64,000 bases of DNA from positions 131,503-195,502 of the forward strand of contig JBBDRF010000005.1 of assembly GCA_040905565.1 (NCBI GenBank). Direction: 5' to 3'. Below are positions 31,056-40,823 of the stretch, in pieces (positions within the stretch are counted from its first letter, which is position 1; the number at the start of each line of letters is the position of its first letter). The position numbers were made by a program, and so were the translations under genes. Source of the DNA: Phycisphaeraceae bacterium. Lineage in GTDB: Bacteria > Planctomycetota > Phycisphaerae > Phycisphaerales > Zrk34. Below the pieces are notes generated by a model. The model had not been told where the DNA came from, made no database searches, and saw only the letters and a program-made list of their open reading frames with translations.

Positions 31056-31284
31056 GTCGACCCGCCTTCAGGCCGAGGCGGATGCCGACGCCCAGCGACT
31101 ATCCGCCGATGCGGAACTGGCGGGCATTCAGGCACGTGAGCAGGTCGCAGCCGCCATCCAGGCGAATCCGGTTTTGCTTCGGATGCAGGAACTCGAAACG
31201 CTGCGCGATCTGGCGAAGGTCACCAGTGCCCGGATCTACATCGGCTTCGACAAGCACCATGACCTCCACGTGCCCGAGCCGTAA
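31050..31284 (+). pseudogene. C-terminal fragment of a slipin (SPFH/band 7) protein
   Basis: AAAIQANPVLLRMQELETLRDLA...ARIYIGF; no N-terminus. Confidence 0.65.
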
Positions 31285-31358
31285 CGGCGCGACACACGCC
31301 TCACGCCACCGCCGGCCCGTTTGCCTGTAACGTACACCGACCGCTTTGGGGAATCATC

Positions 31359-32876
31359 ATGTCCAATACGACTGACACGCCGCCGTCCCAAGCCTTCGCC
31401 CCCACCGGCGAAGCCACTGCCATGCTGCCGGTCAAAGCCGGCCGGGAGAAGCCCATCACGGTGATCGGGACGGAGGCGATTCGCGCGACGTTCGACGAAC
31501 TGACCATCAAACAGGCGATCAACTCCCGCCTTGCGCCCGGTGTCAGCGATCTCGTGCTCAACCCCGACGCTCACTGTGGCTACGGTGCCCCTGTCGGATG
31601 CGTGCTCAGCTCGCCGAGTCACGTCTACCCCGGCCCCGTCGGTGTGGACATCAAATGCTCGATGAGCCTGTTGCAATTCGACCTGCCCGCCGAGGCGGTG
31701 GACGATCGCAAGACCCGCCGGGCCCTCATCGACGCCATCTGTGACCGCGTGCCCACCGGGCCGGGCAAGGGACAGCGGCACGTGCGTGATGGCCGTCACG
31801 TCGACGCAACGCTCGGCCGACGGGTCGCGATCGAAGGCGCCTCACCGGCCGTCTGCGAATCGCTGGGCATTCCGCCGCACTGGGCCAGCCGTTGTGAAGA
31901 TGCTTTTCACCTCGGCCACGACGACACGCCCGAGGCGCTCGATCACCGGCTCGATCGGCTGCTCAGCACCGGCGCGTTTCCGAAGTTCGAAGAAAAGATC
32001 AGGCAACTCGGCTCCTACGGCGGCGGCAACCACTTCGGCGAATGCGAAACCGTCCACGTCCTCGACAGCGACCGCGCCCGCACCGTGGCCGACACGTTCG
32101 GCCTGCGCGACGGCCACGTCGCCTTCCTCAGCCACTGCGGCTCGCGCGGATTCGGCCACAATCTCGCCATGGGCCAGTTCAAAGCGCTGCAGGCCATGTT
32201 CACCAAGTGGAACATCCCCCTGCCCGGCGGCGATCGCCAACTGGTCTACGCGCCGCTCGGCTCACCCGAGGCCGACGCCTACCTCGACGACATGGCCCTC
32301 GGCGCCAACTACGCCACGGTGAACCACCTGCTTATCAACGCGCTGGTGCTCGAAGCGTTTGAGCAGATCATCCCCGGCGTCACCGGCGAACTGGTCTACT
32401 TCATCAGCCACAACATTGCACGCAAGGAGATCGTGCCGCACAGTCGGCGAGAAGAGTGGGTGCACCGCAAAGGCGCGACACGCGCGTTCCCCGCCGGCCA
32501 CCCCGGCTTGCAAGCTACGCCCTTCGCCGACACCGGCCACCCGATTCTCCTGCCCGGCAACCCGCAGGCCGGCTCGTCGGTCATGGTCGCCAACGAAGGC
32601 GCAGCGGCCAGCAACTACAGCGTCAACCACGGCGCCGGTCGCATCATGGGCCGCCGCCACGCCATCCGCACCTTAAACCAGAAGAGCATTGATGCTTCCT
32701 TCGAGACCTGCGACATTCTGACCAACTGCCGCCAGTACCCCCGCGACGAAGCCCCAGCCGCATACAAAGACTTCAACGAGGTCCTGCGCAGCGTCGAACT
32801 GGCGGGCCTGGCCAGCGAGGTCGCAAGGCTCAAGGCAAGGTTCGTAATCAAGGACGCCGCGAAGGCGGATGATTGA
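31359..32876 (+). CDS. rtcB: RtcB family RNA ligase
   Basis: PDAH.GYG.PVG, VGVDIKC, GGGNHF, HCGSRG, SHN, HRKGA, HGAGR, DEAP.AYK. Confidence 0.93.
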   Translation: MSNTTDTPPSQAFAPTGEATAMLPVKAGREKPITVIGTEAIRATFDELTIKQAINSRLAPGVSDLVLNPDAHCGYGAPVGCVLSSPSHVYPGPVGVDIKCSMSLLQFDLPAEAVDDRKTRRALIDAICDRVPTGPGKGQRHVRDGRHVDATLGRRVAIEGASPAVCESLGIPPHWASRCEDAFHLGHDDTPEALDHRLDRLLSTGAFPKFEEKIRQLGSYGGGNHFGECETVHVLDSDRARTVADTFGLRDGHVAFLSHCGSRGFGHNLAMGQFKALQAMFTKWNIPLPGGDRQLVYAPLGSPEADAYLDDMALGANYATVNHLLINALVLEAFEQIIPGVTGELVYFISHNIARKEIVPHSRREEWVHRKGATRAFPAGHPGLQATPFADTGHPILLPGNPQAGSSVMVANEGAAASNYSVNHGAGRIMGRRHAIRTLNQKSIDASFETCDILTNCRQYPRDEAPAAYKDFNEVLRSVELAGLASEVARLKARFVIKDAAKADD

Positions 32877-32891
32877 AAGACTGCAGGTTGA

Positions 32892-33812
32892 ATGATGTCA
32901 CACGAGATACCCGATAAACACACCATCCACTTCGGCCTACTCCCGATAGGGCGAGAGTTTGCCTTCGGGGACTATGTGATTCATCCAGTCAGTAACTTTA
33001 ACAACGTGGTCGATTGGTTGGAGGAGCACGTTAGGCACGATGGATACGTCTACCCCTCTACGTCGTGCTTCGCTGATGAAACTGGCAAAGCGATTCCAAA
33101 CACCATCACACCGGGGCATCTGTTGCGAGTTCCGGCATCCCACGAACTCAGGAGGATCGATGGGAAGGAACTAACGATCACGAGTGACAATGAGGCCTAT
33201 TTCATAGTTCTGGCCATCGGGCTTCTCTACGACATTCGTCTGACCTATCACAGGTGGTGGCATGACGGGCGTGTTTTCTATGGAAGGTATATACGCGGAG
33301 ACAGCTACGGGCACGTCGCGGACCACTTTCTCGAAACCGCGCTGTCAACTTGGCAGCAGATGAAACCAAGCAGCCAGCAGATTATCATTCGATCGATCTG
33401 GATGCATTTACGAACCAAAGCGTACAGATGGGATTTTGACCAATTCCAGACTGCTTACATGGTCATCGATGCAATCTATCGCACGCTGTGCGAAGAGCGA
33501 TCGATCAAAGCCGCGTCTCGCCATCGTGATCGCTTGGAATGTGTAGCGACCGAACTTGGTGTTCACTGCGATTCCGAACGATTCGCAAGAATTGTCGATA
33601 TACGGAATCCGCTGATCCATGAGGTGAAGTGGAATAACGGGTTGCCCGGGACCGTGACCGGAGATGAAGGCCTACAGGCATCCCTGTGGCTACCCCGGTT
33701 GAACAAGCGTCTGCTTGTCGCCCTGTTGGGCTATACGAACAAGTTCGTTACGACGTCTTGGTGGACCATGGGGAACTACTATTTCGATAGGTTGGATCAT
33801 GCTCCCAATTGA
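32892..33812 (+). CDS. Hypothetical protein with C-terminal RxxxxH (HEPN-like) motif
   Basis: 306-aa ORF, visibly lower GC; IVDIRNPLIHE. Confidence 0.6.
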   Translation: MMSHEIPDKHTIHFGLLPIGREFAFGDYVIHPVSNFNNVVDWLEEHVRHDGYVYPSTSCFADETGKAIPNTITPGHLLRVPASHELRRIDGKELTITSDNEAYFIVLAIGLLYDIRLTYHRWWHDGRVFYGRYIRGDSYGHVADHFLETALSTWQQMKPSSQQIIIRSIWMHLRTKAYRWDFDQFQTAYMVIDAIYRTLCEERSIKAASRHRDRLECVATELGVHCDSERFARIVDIRNPLIHEVKWNNGLPGTVTGDEGLQASLWLPRLNKRLLVALLGYTNKFVTTSWWTMGNYYFDRLDHAPN

Positions 33813-34824
33813 CGGCTCCCAAGGCGAGGGTGGTGGGCAGGTGTTACGGTCGGCGCTGGCGTTGAGCATGGTGACCGGTGCGCCGTTTCGGATTGGGCGT
33901 ATCCGGGCGGGGCGGCGGAAGCCGGGGTTGATGCGGCAGCATCTGACGGCGGTGCGGGCGGCGAAGGAAGTATGCAACGCCACCGTCGAAGGCGATGCGG
34001 TGGGAGCGACGGCACTGGCGTTCGAGCCGGCCGATGTGCGGGCGGGTGACTATCACTTTGCGGTGGGCACAGCGGGCAGTGCGACGCTGGTGTTGCAGAC
34101 GGTGTTGCCGGCCCTGGTGCTCGCGGATGGGCCGAGCACGGTGGTGCTGGAAGGTGGAACGCATAATCCGTTCGCGCCGCCGTTTGATTTTCTGGCGCGG
34201 GCGTTTCTGCCGCTGCTGAACCGTATGGGGCCGAAGGTGACGCTGGAGCTGGAGCGGCCGGGCTTTTATCCCGCCGGCGGTGGCCGATTCACCGTGCATA
34301 TCGAGCCAACGCGTGACGGCAAGCTTTGCGGCATCGAACTGCTCGAGCGCGGCGAGGATCGCGGGCGGTGTGCGATGGCGGTGGTGGCGAATCTGCCGCG
34401 GCACATTGCCGAGCGTGAACTGAAGAAGGTGCAGGCGAAGCTGGGCTGGGCTGCTGAGAGCCTGGAGGTGATCGAACGGCATGACGCGTTGGGGCCTGGC
34501 AACATTGTCATGTTGGCTGTCGAAAGCGAACACGTGACCGAGTTGTTCACCGGCTTCGGCGAGAAGAACGTCCCGTCGGAGAAGGTGGCGTCCCAAGCGG
34601 CCGAGGCGTGCCGGCGGTATCTCACCGCGGACGTGCCCGTGGGCGAGCACCTGGCGGACCAGTTGCTATTGCCGCTGGCGATCGCCGGCCACGGCGCGTT
34701 TCGCACAGTGCATCCGAGCCGGCACACGCAGACGCATGTCGAGTTGATCGGTAAATTCCTCGATGTGCCGGTGAGTATGTCGCAGGAGGGCCGCGACCGC
34801 TGGCTTGTGACGGTCGGCCGATAG
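33799..34824 (+). CDS. rtcA: RNA 3'-terminal phosphate cyclase
   Basis: IDGSQGEGGGQVLR, GL..QHL, GGTH, GFYP.GGG, VGEHLADQL. Confidence 0.95.
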   Translation: MLPIDGSQGEGGGQVLRSALALSMVTGAPFRIGRIRAGRRKPGLMRQHLTAVRAAKEVCNATVEGDAVGATALAFEPADVRAGDYHFAVGTAGSATLVLQTVLPALVLADGPSTVVLEGGTHNPFAPPFDFLARAFLPLLNRMGPKVTLELERPGFYPAGGGRFTVHIEPTRDGKLCGIELLERGEDRGRCAMAVVANLPRHIAERELKKVQAKLGWAAESLEVIERHDALGPGNIVMLAVESEHVTELFTGFGEKNVPSEKVASQAAEACRRYLTADVPVGEHLADQLLLPLAIAGHGAFRTVHPSRHTQTHVELIGKFLDVPVSMSQEGRDRWLVTVGR

Positions 34825-34837
34825 AAGAAGGAAGACC

Positions 34838-36241
34838 ATGCTGCTATCGATCACCAGTACGACCCTGCCCGCGACTGACCTGGGCTATCTGCTACACAAG
34901 CACCCCGATCGCGTGCAGACGTTCGACCTGGCGTTCGGCCGGGCGCACGTGCTTTACCAGGAAGTGAGCGACGAACGTTGCACAGCGGCGCTCGTGCTGG
35001 ATGTCGACCCGGTCGGCATGGTGCGCCAGCATCGCGGTCCGGCAGGCGACGGGCAGCGCATGGAGCAGTACGTCAACGATCGGCCTTATGTGGCGTCGTC
35101 TCTCATGAGCGTGGCGATCGCGCGCGTGCTCGGCTCGGCCCTTGGCGCTCGATGCCCCAACCGCCCCGAGTTGGTGGAGCGGCCCTTGCAACTGAAGGCG
35201 AAGTTGGCGGTGCTGCCGGCCCGACGCGGCGGCGAGGAGTTGGTGCGTCGACTGTTCGAGCCGTTGGGCTACGACGTGGCGATCGAACGGCACGCTCTTG
35301 ACGAGCATTTCACCGAGTGGGGCGGTGGGCCCTACGTCACGCTCACGCTTCGAGCGACGCGGCCGCTGCATGAACTGCTGAACCACCTGTACGTGCTCAT
35401 CCCCGTGCTGGACAACGACAAGCATTACTGGGTCGGTCAGGACGAGGTGGAGAAGCTGCTCAAGCGTGGCGAGGGCTGGTTGCCAAAACATCCCGAGCGG
35501 GAACTGATCACCGCCCGCTACCTGCGCTATTTTGGGAGCTTGACCCGTGACGGCCTCGCCCGGCTGAGCGAAGCCGACGAGCCGGACCCGGATGCCGCCG
35601 CCGAGTCGCACGCGCAGGAGGAAGAGGCGATCGAACAGCCGATGAGCCTCAACGAGCAGCGGCACGCGGCGGTGATCGGAGCACTCAAGGGGGCGGGCGT
35701 GCGGCGCGTGCTCGACCTTGGCTGCGCCCAGGGCACGCTGCTTCGCCGATTGTTAGACGAGCCTCAGTTCGAACAGGTTGTGGGCGTGGACGTTTCGCTG
35801 CGGGCGCTGGAGGTGGCGGAGGATCGTCTGAAGCTGAGCCGCCTGCCTGAACTGAAGCGCCAACGCATCCAGCTCATGCACGGATCGCTGATCTACCGCG
35901 ACGCCCGCCTCGCCGGGTTCGACGCCGCCTGTTTGGTGGAGGTAATCGAACATTTTGACGCATCACGCCTCGCCGCCCTTGAGCGCAGCGTGTTCGCCTT
36001 CGCCCGGCCGGGCCTGGTGATCGTCACCACGCCGAATGTGGAATACAACGTCCGCTTTGAGAACCTGCCCGCCGGCACGCTGCGCCACCGCGACCACCGC
36101 TTCGAGTGGACCCGCCGGCAGTTCAGACAATGGGCCGAGCGCGTCGCAGAGCGATTCGGCTACTCGGTGCGGTTTCTGCCCGTGGGGCCAGTGGATGAGG
36201 AGGTAGGCGCACCGACGCAGATGGGAGTTTTTGAGCGATGA
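34838..36241 (+). CDS. hen1: 3'-terminal RNA ribose 2'-O-methyltransferase Hen1
   Basis: ATDLGYLLHKHP, YVNDRPY, LDLGC, EVIEH, RH.DHRFEWTR. Confidence 0.95.
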   Translation: MLLSITSTTLPATDLGYLLHKHPDRVQTFDLAFGRAHVLYQEVSDERCTAALVLDVDPVGMVRQHRGPAGDGQRMEQYVNDRPYVASSLMSVAIARVLGSALGARCPNRPELVERPLQLKAKLAVLPARRGGEELVRRLFEPLGYDVAIERHALDEHFTEWGGGPYVTLTLRATRPLHELLNHLYVLIPVLDNDKHYWVGQDEVEKLLKRGEGWLPKHPERELITARYLRYFGSLTRDGLARLSEADEPDPDAAAESHAQEEEAIEQPMSLNEQRHAAVIGALKGAGVRRVLDLGCAQGTLLRRLLDEPQFEQVVGVDVSLRALEVAEDRLKLSRLPELKRQRIQLMHGSLIYRDARLAGFDAACLVEVIEHFDASRLAALERSVFAFARPGLVIVTTPNVEYNVRFENLPAGTLRHRDHRFEWTRRQFRQWAERVAERFGYSVRFLPVGPVDEEVGAPTQMGVFER

Positions 36242-36420
36242 GGAACTGGCTTCGTCACCGTGTCGCCGGACGTTTAACGCCGAGTGCTTCGACCAGGGTG
36301 CGGCTGGTTGACGCGATCGATCGCTTCCGCACCGCCGGTTACGCCCCGCCATCAGAGTATTCGGGAGCGTGGAATGAACTTTTAACTTGGGTAGATGCGG
36401 TGTGCGGAGATTCGCGATGA
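36238..36420 (+). CDS. 60-aa hypothetical protein between hen1 and pnkp
   Basis: ATGA overlaps at both ends. Confidence 0.4.
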   Translation: MRNWLRHRVAGRLTPSASTRVRLVDAIDRFRTAGYAPPSEYSGAWNELLTWVDAVCGDSR

Positions 36421-38987
36421 CCATTAAGCTTCCCGAACTCTGCCTCATCGTCCTCGTCGGCCCCTCCGGCTCGGGCAAGTCGACGTTTGCGCGGCAGCAC
36501 TTCGGACCGTTCGAGGTGCTGTCGTCGGATTTCTGCCGGGGGCTGGTATCCGACGACGAGAACGATCAACGGGTCAGCGGCGAGGCGTTCGAGCTGCTGC
36601 ACACGATCCTGCATCAGCGGTTGAAGCTCGGTCGACTGACCGTGGTGGATGCGACGAACGTGCGACCGGAAGATCGGCGGATGCTTGTGCAAATCGCACG
36701 CGAACACCATGTGCTCCCGGTCGCGGTGGTGTTCGACCTGCCCGAGAAGCTCTGCCAGGAGCGGAATCGCCAGCGGGACGACCGCACGTTTGGTCCGCAC
36801 GTTATCCGCAACCAGCGGACAACAATGCGGCGGAACCTGCGCGGCCTCAAGCGGGAAGGCTTCCGCCACATCTTCACGTTCAAGGCCGCCGAGGATGTGG
36901 ACGCAGCCATCATCGAACGCCAGCCATTGTGGAACGACCGCCGCGACGAGCGCGGCCCTTTCGACATCATCGGCGACGTCCACGGCTGCTTCGATGAACT
37001 GCGTGAACTTCTCGACCAACTCGGCTACCGCATCGAGGACGATGCGACGCGCGACGATGGCTTGGGCTACCGCGTTACCCCACCTGCCGGCCGCAAGGCG
37101 ATCTTCCTCGGCGACCTGGTCGATCGCGGGCCGAACAACCCCGGCGTGCTGCGGCTCGTGATGAGCATGGTGCACGGCGGCACAGCGATCTGCGTGCCAG
37201 GCAATCACGACGACAAGCTCAAACGCAAGCTCGCGGGCCGGGACGTCAAGCTCGCCCACGGTCTCGCCGAGACGCTGGCGCAACTTGACGCCGAGCCGGA
37301 GGCGTTCGGCAAGCAGGTACGTGAGTTCATCGACAGCCTGATCAGTCACTACGTGCTCGACGACGGCCGACTGGTCGTCGCGCACGCCGGTCTTAAGGAG
37401 GCGATGCAGGGCCGGGCGTCGGGAAAGGTACGCGAGTTCTGCCTCTATGGTGAGACGACCGGTGAGACGGATGCGTTCGGCCTGCCGGTGCGTCACAACT
37501 GGGCGGCGGAGTACCGCGGGCAGGCGATGGTCGTCTACGGCCATACGCCCGTGCCCGAGCCCGAGTGGCTGAACCAGACGACCAACATCGACACGGGTTG
37601 TGCGTTCGGCGGCCGACTCACAGCGCTGCGCTATCCGGAGCGCGAACTGATCAGCGTGCCGGCGAAACAGACGTATGCGGAGCCGGCCCGTCCGTTTCTG
37701 CCCGAGCCGGAAGCCGAAGAAACCTCAGCCCAGCAGCAGGTGGACAACGTGCTCGATCTGGCGGACGTGTTCGGCAAGCGCATCATCGACACGCGACTGA
37801 CGCCGGCGATCACCATCCGCGAGCAGCATTCAGCCGCAGCCCTGGAGGTGATGAGCCGGTTCGCCGCCGATCCGCGGTGGCTAATCCATCTGCCGCCGAC
37901 GATGTCGCCTTGCGAGACCAGTCAGCGGGAGGGCTACCTTGAGCATCCCGACGAAGCGTTCGCCTACTACCGCAACCACGCGGTGCCGCGGGTGATCTGC
38001 CAGCAGAAGCACATGGGCTCGCGGGCGATCGTGATCGTCTGCCGAGACGCAACGGCGGCGAAGTCACGCTTTGGTGTCAGCGATGGAAGCGAGGGCATCA
38101 TCTACACACGCACCGGCCGGCCGTTTTTTAACGATCCCGAGATGGAACAGGCTGTACTCCACCGCGTGGGACAAGCCGTCGACGGTGCGGCGTTGTGGGA
38201 CGAACTGCAAACCGAATGGCTCTGCCTCGACTGCGAGGTGATGCCCTGGTCCGCCAAGGCACAGGAGCTGCTGCGCTCGCAGTACGCTGCCGTGGGCTCG
38301 GCGGGTCAACACGCCTTCGCTGAGACGGTGCAGATGCTCGCTCATGCGGCGCGGCGGACGACGGAGGTGACGCCGCTGCTGGATCGTTACCGGGCGCGAA
38401 GCGAGAACGTTGTCAAATATGCCGATGCCTATCGCCAATATTGTTGGCAGGTGGATTCGCCCGACGATCTCCGCCTCGCCCCATTCCATTTGCTCGCAAG
38501 CGAAGGCAAGGTGCACACCGACCGAGATCATGCATGGCACATGTCGCTCGCGCAGCGCCTCGCCCAGGCCGATGGACAAGTGCTCATGAGCACCGACCAC
38601 CGCGTGGTCGACCTGACCAATCAGGCCAGTGTTGACGAGGCCATCGGATGGTGGACCTCGCTGACCGGCCGCGGCGGCGAAGGCATGGTCGTCAAGCCGA
38701 TGGACTTCATCGTGCGACATCGCGGCAGGTTAGTTCAGCCGGCCATGAAGTGCCGCGGTCGCGAGTACCTTCGCATCATCTACGGTCCCGACTACACAGA
38801 ACCGGAGCACCTTATCCGCCTGCGGTCCCGCAGGCTCGGTCGAAAACGCGGCCTGGCGCTGCCTGAGTTCGCCCTCGGACTCGAAGCGCTGGAGCGATTC
38901 GTCCAGCGTGCCCCGCTACGCCGTGTCCACGAATGTACGTTCGGCGTCCTCGCCTTGGAAAGTGAACCGGTCGCCCCACGCCTGTAG
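36417..38987 (+). CDS. pnkp: Bacterial polynucleotide kinase-phosphatase-ligase Pnkp
   Basis: GPSGSGKST; GDVHG, GDLVDRG, GNHD; KHMGSR, EGMVVKP, KCRG. Confidence 0.95.
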   Translation: MTIKLPELCLIVLVGPSGSGKSTFARQHFGPFEVLSSDFCRGLVSDDENDQRVSGEAFELLHTILHQRLKLGRLTVVDATNVRPEDRRMLVQIAREHHVLPVAVVFDLPEKLCQERNRQRDDRTFGPHVIRNQRTTMRRNLRGLKREGFRHIFTFKAAEDVDAAIIERQPLWNDRRDERGPFDIIGDVHGCFDELRELLDQLGYRIEDDATRDDGLGYRVTPPAGRKAIFLGDLVDRGPNNPGVLRLVMSMVHGGTAICVPGNHDDKLKRKLAGRDVKLAHGLAETLAQLDAEPEAFGKQVREFIDSLISHYVLDDGRLVVAHAGLKEAMQGRASGKVREFCLYGETTGETDAFGLPVRHNWAAEYRGQAMVVYGHTPVPEPEWLNQTTNIDTGCAFGGRLTALRYPERELISVPAKQTYAEPARPFLPEPEAEETSAQQQVDNVLDLADVFGKRIIDTRLTPAITIREQHSAAALEVMSRFAADPRWLIHLPPTMSPCETSQREGYLEHPDEAFAYYRNHAVPRVICQQKHMGSRAIVIVCRDATAAKSRFGVSDGSEGIIYTRTGRPFFNDPEMEQAVLHRVGQAVDGAALWDELQTEWLCLDCEVMPWSAKAQELLRSQYAAVGSAGQHAFAETVQMLAHAARRTTEVTPLLDRYRARSENVVKYADAYRQYCWQVDSPDDLRLAPFHLLASEGKVHTDRDHAWHMSLAQRLAQADGQVLMSTDHRVVDLTNQASVDEAIGWWTSLTGRGGEGMVVKPMDFIVRHRGRLVQPAMKCRGREYLRIIYGPDYTEPEHLIRLRSRRLGRKRGLALPEFALGLEALERFVQRAPLRRVHECTFGVLALESEPVAPRL

Positions 38988-39124
38988 GCTTTGCGTCTTG
39001 GTTGCCTTTTTTATGATAAATTTGTGACATAGCTGCAGGGATGGGCTGTTTAGCGACAGGTCACTGGCGATCTGTGAGCGTTTCGGATGGCGGGAGTTCC
39101 GAGCTCTCGTAGGATCGTGGTGTG

Positions 39125-40666
39125 TTACTTTCCAATCAGTAGATCGTGGTCGACGCGAGCGCGCACGGTGCGGCGGTCAAGCTGCAGGGCCGCGGCAGCG
39201 CGTTGATAACTGCCAAGGCGGGCGTAAGCGAGGGTGCAATACCAGTTGAGCATCTGCTCAGCGGTCAGCGACGTCGTTTCGATCGCGTGAGCAAGCCCCG
39301 TGTTCTCCGAATAGGCAGAGGCCTCCGCGGGCTGATAGGTACAGCGAATCATGACGTTCCTAAGGCACTGATCCAGCTCGCGGATATTGCCCGGCCATCG
39401 GTAGTCAGCCGGCAAATGGGCATCGATCCAGCGGCGGACTTCGGCGGCAAGTTCGGGGGCTTCATCAGCAACCACGCGACGGGCGAGCGTGACCAGCAAG
39501 GTATCCAGTTCGTCGCTACTGTGACGCAGACGTTCGTGCAGCGTGGGCGTGGTGACGATATCTGAGCAGAGGCGATAGTAGAGGTCCGTCCGAAACGTGC
39601 CGCGACGCATCAGGTCCTGGAGGTCGCGATTGGTTGCAGCGATGATTTTGCCTTCGAAGCGCCGTTGCCGTGTTTCGCCGAGTCGGCTGAAGGTGCGTTC
39701 CTGGATAACCCGCAACAGTTTCACCTGAAGCAGCGGGTCAAGTTCGCCGAGTTCATCGAGGAATACGGTGCCGACGCTGGGGCAATTCTCCAGCCAGCCC
39801 ACACGATCGGCGACTGCTCCGGTGAAGGCGCCCCGGTGGTGGCCGAACAGTTCTGATTCCACGAGCGTGGGGCTCATCGCTGCGAGATGCAGGGGTGCGA
39901 AAGTGCTTTCTGCTTCGGCGGCGAATGTGGCACTTTGCGGAACAAAAGGAATGTAGCGGCTCATGCCGATCGCCCGCGCGACGAGTTCTTTGCCCGTGCC
40001 GCTTGCCCCGGTGATGAGGGTGGTCTGGTCGGCCATGCGATCGAATAGCACACGGCGGTAACGACGCATGTCATGCGTAAAAATTGATTGCCACACCGTT
40101 GCCCGCAATCGGACCGCCGGTTCGGACGTGCCGATGATGTAGTGAAAGATGTTGGCGAACGCCCGCCTCACCTGAAAGAAGCACGCGAACCAGTGCGTGA
40201 GTTCACCCTCATCAATGGCGAAAAGGCCATCGACGGAGTAACGGCTCACTTCCTGTCGAAACTGTGTATAAATGCTCTTGGCCGGGGTACGACGACCGCG
40301 CCCGCCGGTCGTGTTCTCCATCAGCAGTTGATCGAACCCGTCACGAAACCGGTGATAGTGGACGAACATCACCAGTTCTTCATACCGTGCCGCTTCCAGA
40401 TCAGTCGGCTTCCCCCCTTCACTGGCGCGACGATAGCCCGCATCAAGGGTCTGCTGGGCGCGTTGTAAAAGCAGTGCGACGTTGGCGTGGTCCTTGGTGT
40501 CGGGATTGAGATTCCAGTCGCTGCCGCGATTGTCGAACGCCGTCCCCAGCGCGCGCCGTTCGCAGGCGATTCGCTCGGGCAGAAACGGATTGCAGTACAT
40601 CAGTTCGGCGACAGCATCGACAAGCCGACGTTGGGCGGTTGTAAACAGCGGCATTGTGTGCTCCAT
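39125..40666 (-). CDS. Sigma-54 enhancer-binding protein with an unrecognised N-terminal domain
   Basis: GASGTGKE, ESELFGH, GAFTGA, FLDE, WPGNIREL, C-terminal HTH. Confidence 0.9.
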   Translation of the reverse strand: MEHTMPLFTTAQRRLVDAVAELMYCNPFLPERIACERRALGTAFDNRGSDWNLNPDTKDHANVALLLQRAQQTLDAGYRRASEGGKPTDLEAARYEELVMFVHYHRFRDGFDQLLMENTTGGRGRRTPAKSIYTQFRQEVSRYSVDGLFAIDEGELTHWFACFFQVRRAFANIFHYIIGTSEPAVRLRATVWQSIFTHDMRRYRRVLFDRMADQTTLITGASGTGKELVARAIGMSRYIPFVPQSATFAAEAESTFAPLHLAAMSPTLVESELFGHHRGAFTGAVADRVGWLENCPSVGTVFLDELGELDPLLQVKLLRVIQERTFSRLGETRQRRFEGKIIAATNRDLQDLMRRGTFRTDLYYRLCSDIVTTPTLHERLRHSSDELDTLLVTLARRVVADEAPELAAEVRRWIDAHLPADYRWPGNIRELDQCLRNVMIRCTYQPAEASAYSENTGLAHAIETTSLTAEQMLNWYCTLAYARLGSYQRAAAALQLDRRTVRARVDHDLLIGK

Positions 40667-40787
40667 AGGGTGCGTGGCGTCATTCGCCAGAGTACATAAG
40701 ATGTACGGAGATGCACAATGGCTGCGCTTCGTCGGCAAGCCCGTCATGCGAAAGCGGCGAGGATCCATTGCTTGCGGGCGCTGACCG

Positions 40788-40803
40788 TGGCACGGACGTT
40801 GCT
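40788..40803 (+). promoter_or_regulatory. Sigma-54 -24/-12 promoter
   Basis: TGGCACGGACGTTGCT (GG-N10-GC). Confidence 0.85.
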
Positions 40804-40823
40804 AAACTCGTGTCAGCAAACGC

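Noticed and set aside
29594..31135. Full-length 513-aa RtcR as in the ORF track
   Set aside because: The first 26 or so residues are antisense slipin sequence, not CARF domain
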